Source: Scyliorhinus canicula (Eukaryota). Taken from it: a DNA stretch of 64,000 nucleotides. Where the stretch lies: assembly GCF_902713615.1 (NCBI RefSeq), contig NW_024055900.1, positions 124,001 through 188,000 on the forward strand, in the 5' to 3' direction. The notes under the pieces are model-generated. The model was given only the letters and a program-made list of their open reading frames with translations, did no database searches and was not told the origin of the DNA. This document shows, in pieces, positions 1 to 14,150 of this stretch. The stretch's first letter is position 1; each line of letters starts with the position of its first letter. The translations under genes and the position numbers were made by a program.

Positions 1-2641
1 CGGACGGATTCCCGGCGGACTTCTACAAAAAATTTGCGACAGCGCTGGCCCCGCACCTGCGGGAGATGTTCACAGACTCGCTAGCTAGGGGCACATTGCC
101 ACCCACGTTAGCACAGGCCTCAATCTCGCTGATACCTAAGAAAGACAAAGACCCAACGGAATGTGGGTCATACAGACCCATATCTCTGCTGAATGCAGAC
201 GCCAAAATACTGGCCAAAATCCTAGCCAAGAGGCTAGAAGACTGTGTACCTGAGGTGGTCACAGAGGACCAGACGGGCTTTGTCAAAGGTAGACAGCTTA
301 CCGCGAACATCAGGCGCCTGCTGAACGTGATAATGACCCCCTCCGGGGAGAGAACACAAGAGGTGATCGTCTCCCTGGACGCAGAAAAGGCCTTCGACAG
401 AGTCGAGTGGAAATACCTCATAGAGGTACTGGAGCGGTTCGGGCTTGGAACAGGGTTCACCGCTTGGGTAAAGCTCCTGTACAACGCACCCATGGCGAGT
501 GTACAGACCAACAATACCAACTCCCAATACTTCCAGCTGCACAGGGGCACCAGACAAGGATGCCCACTGTCCCCGCTGCTGTTCGCACTAGCAATTGAAC
601 CGCTAGCAATCGCGCTCAGGGCAGCAAAAAATTGGAGGGGGATCCGAAGGGGAGGTAGAGAGCACAGAGTCTCACTCTATGCGGATGATCTGCTCCTCTA
701 TATCTCGGACCCACAAAGCAGCATGGACGGAATCATCGCGCTCCTGAAAGAGTTTGGAGCCTTCTCGGGCTACAAACTCAACATGAGCAAAAGTGAGATC
801 TTCCCAGTACACCCGCAAGGGGGGGGGGGGCAGCACTAAAGGGGCTGCCGTTCAATCAAGCCCGACATAAATTCCGCTACCTGGGGATCCAAATAGCCCA
901 TGACTGGAAAGGGATCCACAAATGGAACCTCACCAGCCTGACGGAGGAAGTTAAAAAGGACCTGCAAAGATGGAACACACTCCCGCTCTCCCTCGCGGGG
1001 AGAGTTCAGACGATCAAAATGAACGTACTGCCCAGGTTCCTCTTCCTGTTTAGATCCATTCCGATCTACATCCCCAAGGCCTTTTTCAAAGCGCTGGACA
1101 AACTCATCATGGCGTTCGTATGGGGGGGTAAAAATGCTAGGATCCCAAAGAAGGTCTTACAAAAAACAAAAACCAGGGGAGGGCTAGCCCTCCCGAATCT
1201 ACAATTCTACCACTGGGCAGCAACAGCCGAGCGAGTAAGGGGATGGATCCAGGAGCCAGAGGCTGAGTGGGTGCGTGCGGAGGAGGCCTCCTGCATGGGA
1301 ACCTCCCTCCGGGCCCTCGCCACGGCAGCACTCCCATCCCCACCCAAAAAACACTCCAGCAGCCCAGTGGTGACAGCCACCCTCCAATCCTGGAACCAAC
1401 TGCGGCAGCAACTTGGCCTGACCAAAATGTCGAACAGGGCTCCCATCTGCAACAACCATAGGTTCACACCAGCACTGACTGACGCCACCTTCAAAAGGTG
1501 GAGGCAGGACGGGGGGACACTGACAGTCAGGGACCTATACACGGACGACAGGATCGCAACACTGGACGAACTGACAGAGAAGTTTCAGCTAGCTGGGGGG
1601 AACGAGCTACGGTACCTGCAGCTCAAAAACTTCCTACGAAAGGAGACAAGGACGTACCCACAACCGCCACGACAGACACTACTGGAAGACCTACTGGACG
1701 CAAGTATCCTAGAGAAAGGGAACTGTAGTGACATGTATGACCGACTGGTAGATAGGGACGACACCGTACTGGACGCAACAAGAAGGAAATGGGAGGACGA
1801 CCTGGGGATGGAGATAGGGTGGGGACTCTGGAGCGAAGCACTGCATAGGGTCAACTCCACCTCCACGTGCGCAAGGCTCAGCCTGACGCAACTAAAAGTG
1901 GTACATAGAGCCCACTTAACAAGAACCCGTATGAGTAGGTTCTTCCCGGAGGTGGAAGACAGATGTGAACGGTGCCAAAGAGGCCCGGCCAACCACGCCC
2001 ACATGTTCTGGTCTTGCCCCAGACTCGTGGAGTACTGGACAGCCTTCTTCGAGGTTATGTCCAAAGTGGTGGGAGTGAGGGTGGAGCCATGCCCGATAGT
2101 GGCGGTCTTCGGGGTTTCAGAACAGCCAGATCTATTCCTGGGGAGGAGGGCGGACGCCCTTGCCTTTGCCTCCCTGATCGCCCGCCGTAGAATCCTGTTT
2201 GGCTGGCGGTCAGCAGCACCGCCCAGAGCTGCGGATTGGCTGTTCGACCTCTCGGAATCTCTCCAAATGGAGAAAATCAAATTTGCCATCCGAGGGTCGG
2301 ACGACGGCTTCCACAGAACGTGGGAGCCATTCATGCAACTGTTCCGGGACCTATTTGTGGCCAATGTACAAGAGGAAGAATAGTCGGGGGAAGGTAGCGG
2401 GAGGGGCTACAGGTTCGGTACGGGGGTTCGATGGCTAGCTAAGGCCCAAAACCAAACTAAATAAACATGTTGGGGGGGGGGGGGGGGGGGGGGCGGGCGC
2501 AGTTACTACTACGAAGATGCTTACCTGTAAATATGTATGTTAATTTTTGCGTGTTTGTTTGTTGTTTTTTTTCTCCTAACAATTTGTAATTTGTTCAATA
2601 TAAAATATGAAAACTGAATAAAAACATTTATAAAAAAAAAA
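1..2641 (+). mobile_element. L1/Tx1-clade LINE, 3' portion (ORF2 RT and C-terminal domain), truncated by the window start
   Basis: ORF 66-839 has RT motifs (YRPISLLN, DAEKAFD, GTRQGCPLSP, YADD). The frame continues after a G-run at ~820-831 (ALKGLPF...KFRYLGI) into ORF 1019-2383, which has a C-terminal CxxC..H..C motif. AATAAA at ~2617 and an A-tail at ~2631-2641. Confidence 0.9.
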
Positions 2642-2726
2642 TAACCAAATAAGCGATCATGCTACCAATATCATTAATCTTTAATGTCCTTTCAAAATTT
2701 TGGTTACTACTGAGCACATTTAGCAA

Positions 2727-2966
2727 GGGCGCACGGTAGCAAGTGGTTATCACTGTTGCTTCAATGCGCCAGGGTCCCAGGTCCGATTCCCACTTGGGAT
2801 GTCTGCACGTTCTCTCCGTGTCTGCGTGGGTTACCTCCGGTTGCTCCAGTTTCCTCCCATAAGTTCTGAAATACATGCTGTTAGGTGAATTGGACATTCT
2901 GAACTCTCCATCAGTGTATCCAAACAGGCGCCGGAGTGTGACGACGAGGGGATTTTCATAGTAAAA
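2727..2966 (+). mobile_element. tRNA-derived SINE (elasmobranch V-SINE-like)
   Basis: A-box/B-box-like head (gcacggtagc...ggttc/gtccgattccc) and the core gtctgcgtgggtt.cctccgg shared with many copies in the window. Confidence 0.7.
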
Positions 2967-5244
2967 GTTCTGAATGCACGACTGTGCTCACTTTTTAAAT
3001 AAATTGTCTATCGCTCATTGCATTTGAATTCAGATAGAGGTTTTGCAGTACACTTTAGCAATACATTTAGCCAGTAATTACATTACTTCTGTGCAGCCGC
3101 AACCACAGCTTCAGTGCCAATGGTGGTGGATAGTAAAATAATTGTTGTTTATCGTCCCTCAAACTGTTTTCTAAGAGTCAATAAATTATTGAATTAAAGT
3201 TGCAGGGAGGTTGGCTGGAGATTGGCAAGTAAAAGCTTGAAATTCAAATACATTGACCTGTGAACAAAAGGTTAAATGAGCTTTCCAGTTAATAATGACA
3301 TGCCGTTTCCCCTAGCTGTGCTGTACAAACGATAGAATTATAGGAAGAAGAGAAGACAGAATGGAAAAATTGACTAAAGCTGAACCGCATGCTAAACGCC
3401 TGTTAAATATTAAATTGAACGAAAAATATCTAAACTCAATTTGCAAATTATGTTTTCGACGCCAGCTTTAACGGGTGATGTGACAACCAGGGAACAAAGA
3501 ACAATTAGTGTGATGCGAACCAGACCAACGTTGGAACTAAATTGTGCTGAGAATAGGAGTTTATGATTTATCAAAGCGTTCAGAAATATGCATAGATTAC
3601 AACTTTGTGTGTTTTAAGCAGAGCAGTTCAGGTAGAATTTTGAAAAGTAAAATACCAAAATATGACCAAATTTGAGTAAATGCCATTTACATGTTTGAAT
3701 TTTTCCACATAGTGTTTGATATTTTGACATTTTTTAACTGTCAGGTTCATTTCATTGAACTTTTATTATTGCAAAATGTTACAGGCGGAAAAAATTTTTA
3801 CTTTCTGGAAAAATATGCTTTCATATTTATAGAGTAAAATTCAACTAACGGGGAAATAATATTACTGCTTGTTAAGTCAAAATAAATGGCGCCAACAATT
3901 GAAGTACACTTCTCATTGTTGCGATGTGACAAATCAAAGGGATTATATAATTTTTAATTCAATGTAAAACAGATTAGTGTTAAATTCGATAAGGTAGTTC
4001 GCTACGATGATTTTGTTAGTTACATTTAATTATGAATTCATATCAAATCAGTGGGCAATAAGGTTTCAATGTGAGTGTTTCCGAGTTTGTTTAATTCTTA
4101 CACAGTCACAGTGTCTTTGTTATGGACATCAAACTATGCTGAGTCTCTAATATTTCATGTGCTCATTTTAAGGGTAGCTACATCTAATGCTGTTTCGGGA
4201 TTTCAGACAGACAAGGAGAAACAGTAAAGCGTCTAAAGGGCTTCTGAAATTAAACAGGCTTAATTCAAAATAAGTTATACAATTATTATTCTCATAAATT
4301 GACCATTGGTCCAATAGAATCAGAGTTTGAATGAAATTAACAGATTGAACAGATGTATCCGCTGGGACCTCGATTTTCGGCCAATTGTCCTACTACCGAA
4401 TTTACAGTGCAGTCGGAGGACATTCGGCCCATCGAATCTGTACCAATCCTTGGAATGAACACCCCACGCCTCCACCTATACCCGTCACCAGTAGCCCCAC
4501 CGAACCTTTTTGGACAGTAAGGGGCAATTTAGCGTGACCAATCCATCTAACCTGGACATCTTTAGACTGTGGGAGGAAACCGGAGCACCCGGAGGAACCC
4601 CACGCAGTGTCTGTCCGCACAAGTAGGCTTACTTTAACACTTATGAAGTTACCGTGGAAATCCCCTCGTCGCCACATTACTGCGCCTGTTCAGTGACACT
4701 CAGGGAGCTTTCAGAATATCCAATTCACCTATCAAGCACGGCTTTCGGGACTTATGTGAGTAAACCGGAGCACCGGGAGGAAACCCACGCAGACACGTGA
4801 AGAACGTGCAGACTATGCAGAGACAGTTACCTCAGCCCGGAATCTAGCCCGGGTCCCTGACGCTGCGAAGCAACAGTGCCGTCTTCATGATTGATGGTAA
4901 CCCTTCTGTTTTCTTCTGCTTGTATTTCAGAGAGCGGAATTTATTTAATTTCGTCAAAATGTTTTGCATCTGGAATGTAAAGGGTCACGTCATGTTTGAC
5001 CAAGCGCCTGAGAAATGTGATTCCTGACATGCAAAAAGAGCAATTCAGAACTGACCGATTGATTGTAGAATGAGATTTTGCTTATTTTAAACAGCGATGT
5101 GTCTGTTTGGGAATGTTCGATTATGCAATGCAGGTGGCATTTTATTCTATTTTTATTCGTTTTTAACAGACCTTGACCTGTTTCATGCGATAGAGTAGAG
5201 AGACAAATTAGAAATAATTTTAATTTTAATCATATCATGGGGTG

Positions 5245-5432
5245 GTCGGTTCGTTTAGCTCACTCGGCTAAACCGCTGGCTTTTAAAGCAGACCAAGCAG
5301 GCCAGCAGCATGGTTCGATTCCCGTACCAGCCTCCCCGGACAGACGCCGGAATGTGGCGACTAGGGGCTTTGCACAGTAACTTCATTGAAGCCTACTCGT
5401 GACAATAAGCGATTTTCATTTCATTTTCATTC
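5245..5432 (+). mobile_element. Short tRNA-derived SINE, second family (other copies 39178-39360 +, 62388-62550 -)
   Basis: Three near-identical copies of tttagctcact..gctaaa..gctggcttttaaagc...gtgacaataagcgattttcatttcatttt. Confidence 0.75.
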
Positions 5433-7189
5433 GTTGACTACGGCAGCACTTTTTGTCTACCCCGTGTTTCCCTTTGAGAAAGTGTTGATATGACGCCTCC
5501 TGTAGTCGCCGAACTCCGTCTAGGGTAGATACACTGGCAATTCTATTAGCAAAGGAGGATTTTCACCAGGCAACATTGAAAGAACGGCGATATAGTTCTA
5601 AGTCAGGATGGTGTGGACTTGGAGGGGAACGCCCAAGTGGTGGTGGTTCCTTTTTATCTGCTGTCCTTGTCATTCTAGGTTGTAGAGCTTGCTGGTTTGG
5701 AAGGTGCAGTCGAAACTGTATTGGCGAGTTACGGTCGTGCATCTTGTCTACGTTCCACACAGCTAGCGCAATGCGTTGGAGGTGGAGTGAATGTTTAAGT
5801 GATGAGGGGGTGTTAATTTCCCGGGCTCTTTTGACCTGGAAAATGTTGAATTTCCTGAGTTTTCGGGAAGTTTCACTCATTAAATCAAGTGGAAGTTATT
5901 AAATCACAGTCCTCACTTGCGTCTTCGACGGTGCTGGGAGTTGAGTTACTCGCCACAGACTTCACACCCTCTGACCAGCTTTATGTCTACGCCGGTTTGA
6001 ACCCTCCACGAGGAATATCTGGTGAGACAGTGTTCAGGGAGTTTTACTTTTGATCAAAGCAGCGCTGTAACTTATACGGAGTGCTTGATAGTTCAGTGAA
6101 TTCCACCATTGAAAGTTTTGATCTGAGCATTCGCGGGCATGAGCGAGGGTTTTGCTCTGTACCTGAACTTCTCCTGTGCCTGAACTGAAAGACGTTTCCC
6201 CGCAGACGTCAAGAAATCTGAATCAGGATCGAACTTACTAGCTGGGAGAACTAGAGTCTGATATGTGAAATTAAATTGTTTAATTATTCGGGCGGAATGA
6301 TGCAAGTCAATTAACTTTCACAATCTTTCTGAAATGATGCATCAATTAGAATAAATGAATCAAGCGTTAGCATTTTAATGTCGGACAATATGAACGTGAG
6401 TGACCTGAGCTTCAGCACAATTTCAGAACAAACTGGAAGTGAGAGTAACGCCCCAAAGAGAAGCGTCTGTTCTGATATCATACACGCTGGCACAATGGTT
6501 AACACTACTGCCTCACGGTCCAGGGTTCTCTTCCGGCCTTGGTTGACTGTCCGAGTACAGATTGCATCTTCTCCCCGTGTCTCTCCTGCGTGGGTTTCCT
6601 CCGGGTCCTCCGGTTTCCTCCCACAGTCCAAATATTGTTCCTTAGTGGCCAAAGAGTTGCAGGTTAGGTGATGTTACCGGGTTGAGGAGGGGGGGGGGGA
6701 GGGGGAGAGGGAGAGGGGGGAGGGGGGGAGTGGTCATGGGTAGGGTGCGTATTCGGAGGGTTTTCGCAGACTCGAGGGGTCGGCTGTCCTCCTTCTACAA
6801 TGTAGGGATTCTATGAATAACTACAAGCTAGTTTGACGACTTAACTGGACAATGACCAGACACACACTCCAAATAATATCGTAATAACCTAATCTCTGAA
6901 AAAATTATATTGTCAATTATTTTAGAAAGTTCACAATCAAGGAAAAGCTGTCGTGAGATCCGACTCGGTCAGAGCACTGATCACAAAGTTAGTAGACTAC
7001 ATTTCTGTGAAAGATTTAAATGTTTGTCCAACCCATGGCTTGCCAATGCGTAATATGCTTACTGTGAGAGTGGGTGAGAGTATGTATGGGAGTATGAGGG
7101 GGATTGAGAATATTGGATTTGGGTTCATTGTCACGTGTGCCGAGGTACAGTGAACAGTGTTGTTTTGCGTATTGAGACTGGGAGTGATT

Positions 7190-8335
7190 CAAACAGACAT
7201 CCTCACACATCACACTCTCTCACACACAAATGCACACACGCGCACATTCACACATTCATTCTCCCTTCCGCACCCACGCAAAAGCTTTCTCTTTCACACA
7301 AATACATACAATTTCGCGCCCTTTGTCACACTCCTTCACACACCCACACACAATCGTAATCTAACATACACAAGTGCACAAACACACACTTGCCTATATG
7401 CAATCGCTCTTCAAACTCACGCATTCGCTCTCTCTAAGCCACATTCCCACGCGTACTCTTCCCCGCTCTCTCACACATTCTCTCAAACACATTAACACAC
7501 ACTCTCTCTCTCACATACACACTCTCTCTTACACATACAGACTCACTCTCACAAACTCATACCTTTGCGAACACAAATTATTTATCACACACTCTCTTTC
7601 AGCCTCACGCACATAGGCTATTCGCTCTCTCACACACAGTAAGATGCACGCACTGGGCTTCAGATCCACATTCTCTCACACCCTCTCACTCATGAACTCT
7701 CACACTCTCGCTGTCTCTCTGCCACACACACTACCTCTCTGGCACTCGCAGATTCTGCCGACGCACCTTCTCGCTAACACACAATCTCTCTCACATACAG
7801 CCACTCTCACTCAGAAGCACACACTCCCTCAATCGCACTCACTCAGGGACTCACACTCATACACACGTACACAATGTCTCTCACATACATATCCCGGCTT
7901 TCGCTCAGGCATATCACTCACACACGCACGCAAACACATTATCTATCTCTCTCACAGACTTTCTCTCTCACACATATACAGTCCTTTGCACTCTTAAACG
8001 CACAAACTCTCCCGCACAGGCACAATCTGTCAAATTCACGTGAGTACATTCTCTCACACATTCTCACACACGCTCTCTCCCACATAGAGTGCACTGTCTC
8101 TCACACACGGAAACTCACACATACATAAATAGTGTCTTACCCACAAACTCTCTCTCACAAACACACACTCACGTCAAAGCTCTCCTTCAAACCCGCACTA
8201 TTTGTCTCTCACACACAAGCTATCTGTCCTGAAGATATGTACTTCCTCACACAATCGTTCGCTCTCTCGCACATTCTCTTTCACACCCTCTTTCTCACTA
8301 AAGACTCTCACTCACAGACACACCCAGACACAATG
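7190..8335. repeat. CA/CT-rich degenerate low-complexity tract
   Basis: Dense imperfect (CA)n/(CT)n with strong strand asymmetry; the ORFs here are compositional artefacts. Confidence 0.85.
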
Positions 8336-10339
8336 CTGCCAGTGAGACGTGATAGTGTTCGCATTTTTCAAATGTATGGTACGTTCCGAATTGACAAAAG
8401 ATGTAATCAAATTCATCAACAGTATCGCTGAAAAGTTTAGACATGGCTTCGTTTCCACAATTATGCTGCACACCAACAAAATTAACGGGAGCTGGAAAAT
8501 ATTGAGGCTCACGGCAATATCCAATTGTGTTTTTTTTTAATAAGTCCTAATTTCGTTGCAGCATGCACTTTAATAAGGAATCTTAAATTAATCGCTTTCT
8601 TTCTGGCTTATAAAGGCGGCAGTTTGTGCCCAGTATCGGAGCCGCCGTCAGTTAATAATGCAGAAAAGCTTTTGTGTATTACTTCCGTAAACCAGACTTA
8701 ATTGAGTTTTTAATATGCAATTCTGTTATTAAAATTGAGACTCACGTTAATCAGAGTAAACCTGGGAGAAAAAAATTCATCAGCATCGTCTGAAATATTG
8801 CAACTTAATGAGCACCACAGGTATCAATATTAATAAGAAATGAATGTAGCTCTCATAAGCTGTCAACTGTCTTTAATTCTGTACCCCGCCCAGCACAGTT
8901 TTCGGAGATTTTCTTCAATTCAACAGTTACATTTATAATTAAGCTAAGCTGTTTGAATTACAATGTTTGTTCATCTCCAGACTTACCATAGTGATCTACC
9001 TTTTCAGGGAATGATCTTGAATTACTTATTCCTGTTCTGTTTCTATGTGCGTGGTCACTGTGTGAATCAGGAATCCCAGTGCATAACAGTGAAACCTCTG
9101 GTTCGTTCTCCTGTATTTCAGGTAGCTAAATTCTTCACATTAATTTAAGAAGCTTGTATCTGTGAACAAGGTACAATTCTGTCCTTCAGGTGACAAGGTG
9201 TCCCTGAAATAAGATCAACATCATAGTTTATGAAATTCAGAAGAAAAATTTCAGTGCACACAGTTACGAAAGATGTTCAGTGCTTTCTGTGTCTCAGCCG
9301 AGGTTTCTTAATTGCTGCATCTGAATGGAAGTTCAAAAGAATAATAATAATAATCGCTTTTTGTCACAAGTAGGCTTCAACGAAGTTACTGTGAAAAGCT
9401 TCTAGTCGCCACATTCCGGCGCCTGCTCTGGAAGGCCGGTATGGGAATTGAACTAGCGCTGCTGGCGCTGCTCTGCATCACAAGCTAGCTGTTGAGCCCA
9501 CTATGCTAGACCAGCCACCTATGCAGCCTCGATTACGTTTTAGAATCTGGACCGACCCTTCGAAAGAGCACCTTGCTTAAGCCCATACCACCACCCTATC
9601 CCCAAAGCCCCACCTAACCTTTTGGACACTAAGGGACAAATTAGCATGGCCAATCCACCTAACCTGTGCATCGTTGGACTCTGAGTGGACACTGGAGCAC
9701 CCGGAGGAAACTCACGCAGACACGGGAAGAAAGTGCAAACTCCACACAGTCACGTGGGGGGGGGGGGCACCAAGGTGGGGCAGTGTTTCGCACTCCCACC
9801 TCACGGTGCCGAGATTCCAGCTTCGATCCCGGCTCTGGGTCACTGTCCCTGTGGAGTTTGCATCTTCTCCCCGTGTTTTTGTGGGTCTCACCCGCACAAC
9901 ACAAAGATGTTCAGGGTAGGTGGATTGACCACGCTAAATTGTCACTTAATTGGAAAAAATCAATTGGGCTCAAAATTTATTTAAAAAGAGGCAGTCACCG
10001 GAGGCCAGAATTGAAGCCGGGTACCTGGAGCTGTGAGGAAGCAGTGCTAACCGCTGCACCAGAATACTTTCCATCATTACTTTACTGCGCTTGGTAGGTC
10101 TGTGAAAAGGCAGATTTCGAACTATTTTCCACTTCCAGATCTGATCTGTTTGTGCCTGCCCTGGAAGGACTTAAGGAAGTTTAATTTATATCGAACTAAC
10201 GACGTGAGAGCTACGAGACTGTCACCAGACTCCTAAATGACCCTCTTATTGACTGACCTCATTAACACTACACCCTGTATGCTTCACCCGATGCCAATTC
10301 TTATGTAGTTACATTGTATATCTTGTGTTGCCCTATTAC

Positions 10340-13300
10340 GTATTCTCACGGGGATACGCACCATGCCTACATGTCGGTATTTCATACTCTGCAGATAATG
10401 CATCTCGGAATACAACCAGCAATGGTGGTCTATCTCCCAGTCGCCACAGCCCTGGGCGATGCAGCTGTACGAGCTGGAGCTGCTTGAGGAGGTGGAGGTT
10501 GCAGCAGTGGAGCATGCCCCAGAGGAACGGAAGGCAGCCGCCGAGGATAGAAAGGTGGCTACTCAACAGGCCAAAGAGGAGGATGTGCAAAATGGGTACC
10601 GCATGAGGCCTCATGTGTATCTGATGTACCTGCTGTTCCAGGAGTTTCCAGACAAGGAATGTAGTCGAAGGCTGCGACTGAGCAGTGGGACCACACCACA
10701 TATCTGCCAGATCATGGCACGCATGGCACTGGACCTGGGGGATGGATGGGGTGGAGGGGAAACACATGCTCCCGGTGGCCATCAAGGTGATGGTCGCACT
10801 GAACGTTTGAGCCACAGGTTCGCTCCAAGTGCCAAGTGGGGACCTGTCTGGGATCTCAGAGAGTTCGGTGCAAGGGTGCATCCGCAGCCATCACGGAGGC
10901 CAAAGATGCCCAGTCGGCCCAGCACGTCCATCATCTCAATGACCGAGCTCATCGAGATGACCAGACAGCGTGTTTCATCACCATTGCCAAGAGACCCTGT
11001 GTCCAGGGGATGACCGACGGAATACATGTCATCCTTCGGGTACCTGCAGATTGCCGGCTGATATTCACAAACCAAAATGGGATCCACTCGATGAATGCAG
11101 CTGATGTGTGACCATGACGGAAGCATCATGCACCTCTGCAGCCGACACCCGGGCAATGTGCACGATGCCTTCGGCTTCATACACTCGACGGTTCCTGGCA
11201 TTTTCGAGTCTCACCCCCAGCTGCGAAATTGGCTCCTGGGGGTTAGGGGTTATCTTCTGTGGTCATGACTGATGACGTCTATCTGGCGGCAACAGACGAC
11301 ACGGAGACGCGCTACAACAATGCCCATGCCACGCCCAGGGACATGATCGAGCGCGCTTCGGCATCCTGAAGATGCGGTTCCGGTGCACTGTCCACACTAG
11401 AGGGGCCGTCCTGTATTGCACTGGAGGGTTGCTCATGTCGTGGTGGCTTGCTGCATCTTCCACAATACCACGCAGCAGAGGGGCCATGTGGTGGAGGAGG
11501 AGATTAACGCCAGTCCTCGACCAACGAGGAGGATGCGGGCGTGGGCGGGGCTAGGCCGGACATGGGGTGCGTGGAAATACGGGACGACACGTGTGTCCCA
11601 GAACCAACGCTCACAAGACGCTCTGATCACCTCCAGGTTCACTGAATAAGTTGGTGACTGGCCAGGCGCATGAAAGCCGCACCCCCCCCCCCCCCCCCCC
11701 TCACCTCCAACGCCCTACTGGCCAGCTCCCCCGCTCCCGCTTGCACCCACCACGAGAATTCCTACCGACCTCACTATGGGTGCGGGCTCTAGATTGGCAG
11801 AAACAGCGGGTCTCGTCCATGGGATGGTGATTGATGACTACCCACACTGCATTGAGCTCTGTTGCTCCGCATCATTTGAAGATGCCTGACTGTTGCCCAC
11901 GATAGCAATTCCCACCGCTCACCTGGGTGATGCCTGCATGCGAGCTGACCATTCAATACAAGGTCGAACTAAAACCCTGGGATGGTGGGACAGTGGGTAT
12001 TGGACACCGGAGCGGTGAGCACTAGATGAACTACGGTCCCTGGGCCAAGTGCACCCCTAATGTCTGCCCATTCCTGCACTCACATCCACTCCCAAAGCAG
12101 CCGGTGTAGACCAACCCATCGCTCAAACCCGTCTGACTGAGCACCGAGGCAGGTTTTTACTTTGTGCGCCAGGGTTTACTGTGAAAACATTCACAAAGAT
12201 TCGTGTCCTAGCTCCTATCAGCTAAACTGTTCTCTGCAACCGTGGCAACTTAACTGGTGTCCCGTTCACTGGCCTTAAGGGCCGTAAAGCTATGTCTAGG
12301 TGTGTTCCCTGGCGATACGTCAGGATGGGGGCAGCACGGAATCATTGTGGATAGCACAATGGCTTCACAGCTCCAGGGTCCCAAGTTCGATTCCGGCTTG
12401 GGTCACTGTCTGTGCGGAGTCTGCACATCCTCCCCGTGTGTGCGTGGGTTTCCTCTGGGTTCTCTGGTTTACTCCCACAGTCCAAAGATGTGCGGGTTAG
12501 GTGGCTTGGCCGTGATAAATTGCCCTTAGTGTCCAAAATTGCCCTTAGTGTTGGGTGGGCTTACTGGGTTATGGGGATAGGGTGGAGGTGTTGACCTTGG
12601 GTAGGGTGCTCTTTCCAAGAGCCGGTGCAGTCTCGATGGGCTGAATGGCCTCCTTCTGCACTGTAAATTCTATGATCTATGTAGGCGGCCTGCTGTGTTT
12701 CCCGCCCTGTGACCTGTGTTCCGTGTTGCGGCCGTCTTCTGGGGGGACCAGGACTAAGCTGTTGTTTAAGTGCCCCAGGTGCGGCCCTATTCATGCCTGC
12801 TGCCAATGAGATGCGCCAGAGACAGGAGGAGGGGGGTGGGGGCGGGTGGAGTCTCAGGTGCTGAAGTGTTCTGACACTCCCCTGTGGGGAGCTCCATTTA
12901 CGTCTGGGCCACGTCGGCCAGTGCTTGAGTAATGCTGCAGATGCCCTCGGCCATGACTCACTGTGATTGGACCATGTTCAGGAGCGCTGATGCAATGACC
13001 AACTATCTCTGGCACATTGCTAACGGTGAGCGGACAGCCCAGTCCTGGGTCTCGGCCAATACCAGCACAGAGTGCCCCAGGCCTTGGGCACGTTAATCTA
13101 TGACCAAGATTGTGGCCTCCACCGCAATGCCACCCGTGCGATGTTTGCCTGGGTGCCACGCATGTTCAGCACCATCTCCTGCGGCTGCACGAGGTTGGAA
13201 TCATCCACCTGCGCCTGCTGGATGCTCGGCGACAACCCCTCATGTAATCGAGAGAAACAGATGACGCACAATGGTAGAAATTCTGAAGCATGCAGCCCAG

Positions 13301-13860
13301 CTGGTGGTGGATGGTTGCCTCTGTAGCCAGGGCACCGGCCCTGACAGCCGGAATGGGTGCCAGCATGTGGTGCAGGATGAGGGTTCGTCCACTCTCCATG
13401 TGAGCATGGGAGGGATGGGGTTATGGGTGTGTGGGACGGCAAAGTGGCAAAGTGCTGTCTACTCACACTGGAGGCTCTGAGGAGGTCATGCAGTTTCTTT
13501 CGGCACTGAAGGCCGATCCGAAAGTTGCTGCCCACGGTGATGGACCGACCCTGCCACCTATGCCCAGCCCTGACGAACGTCGGTGGCAGCAGCATCCTTC
13601 CCACACAGGGGTGAAGAGTCGCCTACCTCTCCTCCAGGGCGTCGAGCAGAATCTCCAATTCAGCATCGGGAAACCCTGGTGCCCCGCATCTTGCTGCCAT
13701 ATTGTTAGCTGGGATGAGTGGCTGTGTGGAGTGAAGTGTTTATATACGAGTGAAGCTTGTCAGCCTCCTCAGTGTAAATCACGAACCCAACACCGTTTTC
13801 CATTGGAATCCATCGTATTTCATGTGGCGCTAGTGCTGGCCCCTCAACGGCCGCTGAATC
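10340..13860. mobile_element. Decayed PIF/Harbinger DNA transposon: HARBI1-like transposase (+, ~10459-11645) and convergent Myb/SANT-like gene (-, ~13166-13700), with SINE insertions
   Basis: Fragments resembling Harbinger transposase (acidic N-terminus, RRLRLS, NVHDAF, IERxFGILKMRFRCL-like) spread over several frames. The - strand MAARCGAPGFPDAELEILLDALEER* resembles the Harbinger Myb/SANT partner. Many stops and frameshifts. Confidence 0.7.
12330..12680 (+). mobile_element. V-SINE (HE1-like), full length, inside the Harbinger element
   Basis: gggcagcacgg head, V-domain core, and 3' tail ...ctcgatgggctgaatggcctccttctgcactgtaaattctatga. Confidence 0.8.
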
Positions 13861-14150
13861 ATAGATCATCAGATAATTTACAGTGCAAAAGGAGGCCAAT
13901 CGGCCCATCGAGTCTGTACCGGCTCTTGGAATGAGCACCCTACTTAAGCCCACACTTCCACCCTATCCCCGTAACCCAGCAACCCCATCTAACCTAAGGG
14001 CAATTTCGCATGGCCAATCCACCTAACCTGCACATCTTTGGACTGTGGGAGGAAACAGGAGCACCCGGAGGAAACTCATGCAGACACACGGAAAACGTGC
14101 AGACTCCACACAGACAAGTGACCCAAGCCTGGAATTGAATCTGTGACCAG
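13861..14150 (-). mobile_element. V-SINE (HE1-like)
   Basis: Reverse complement of the same SINE consensus. Confidence 0.75.

Noticed and set aside
4069-4134. Possible D segment/RSS (CACAGTG-12-ACATCAAAC, upstream CAATGTG)
   Set aside because: The nonamer is only 6/9, there is no matching 5' nonamer, and the spacing does not fit a D segment; compatible with chance.
7135-8431. His/Thr/Ser/Leu-rich ORFs
   Set aside because: Translation artefacts of CA/CT low-complexity DNA; the same applies to the ORFs at 38.5-42 kb.
9010-9125. Possible leader or J segment around CACTGTG at 9056
   Set aside because: No nonamer at 12 or 22/23 spacing and no WGxG/FGxG motif before the GT.
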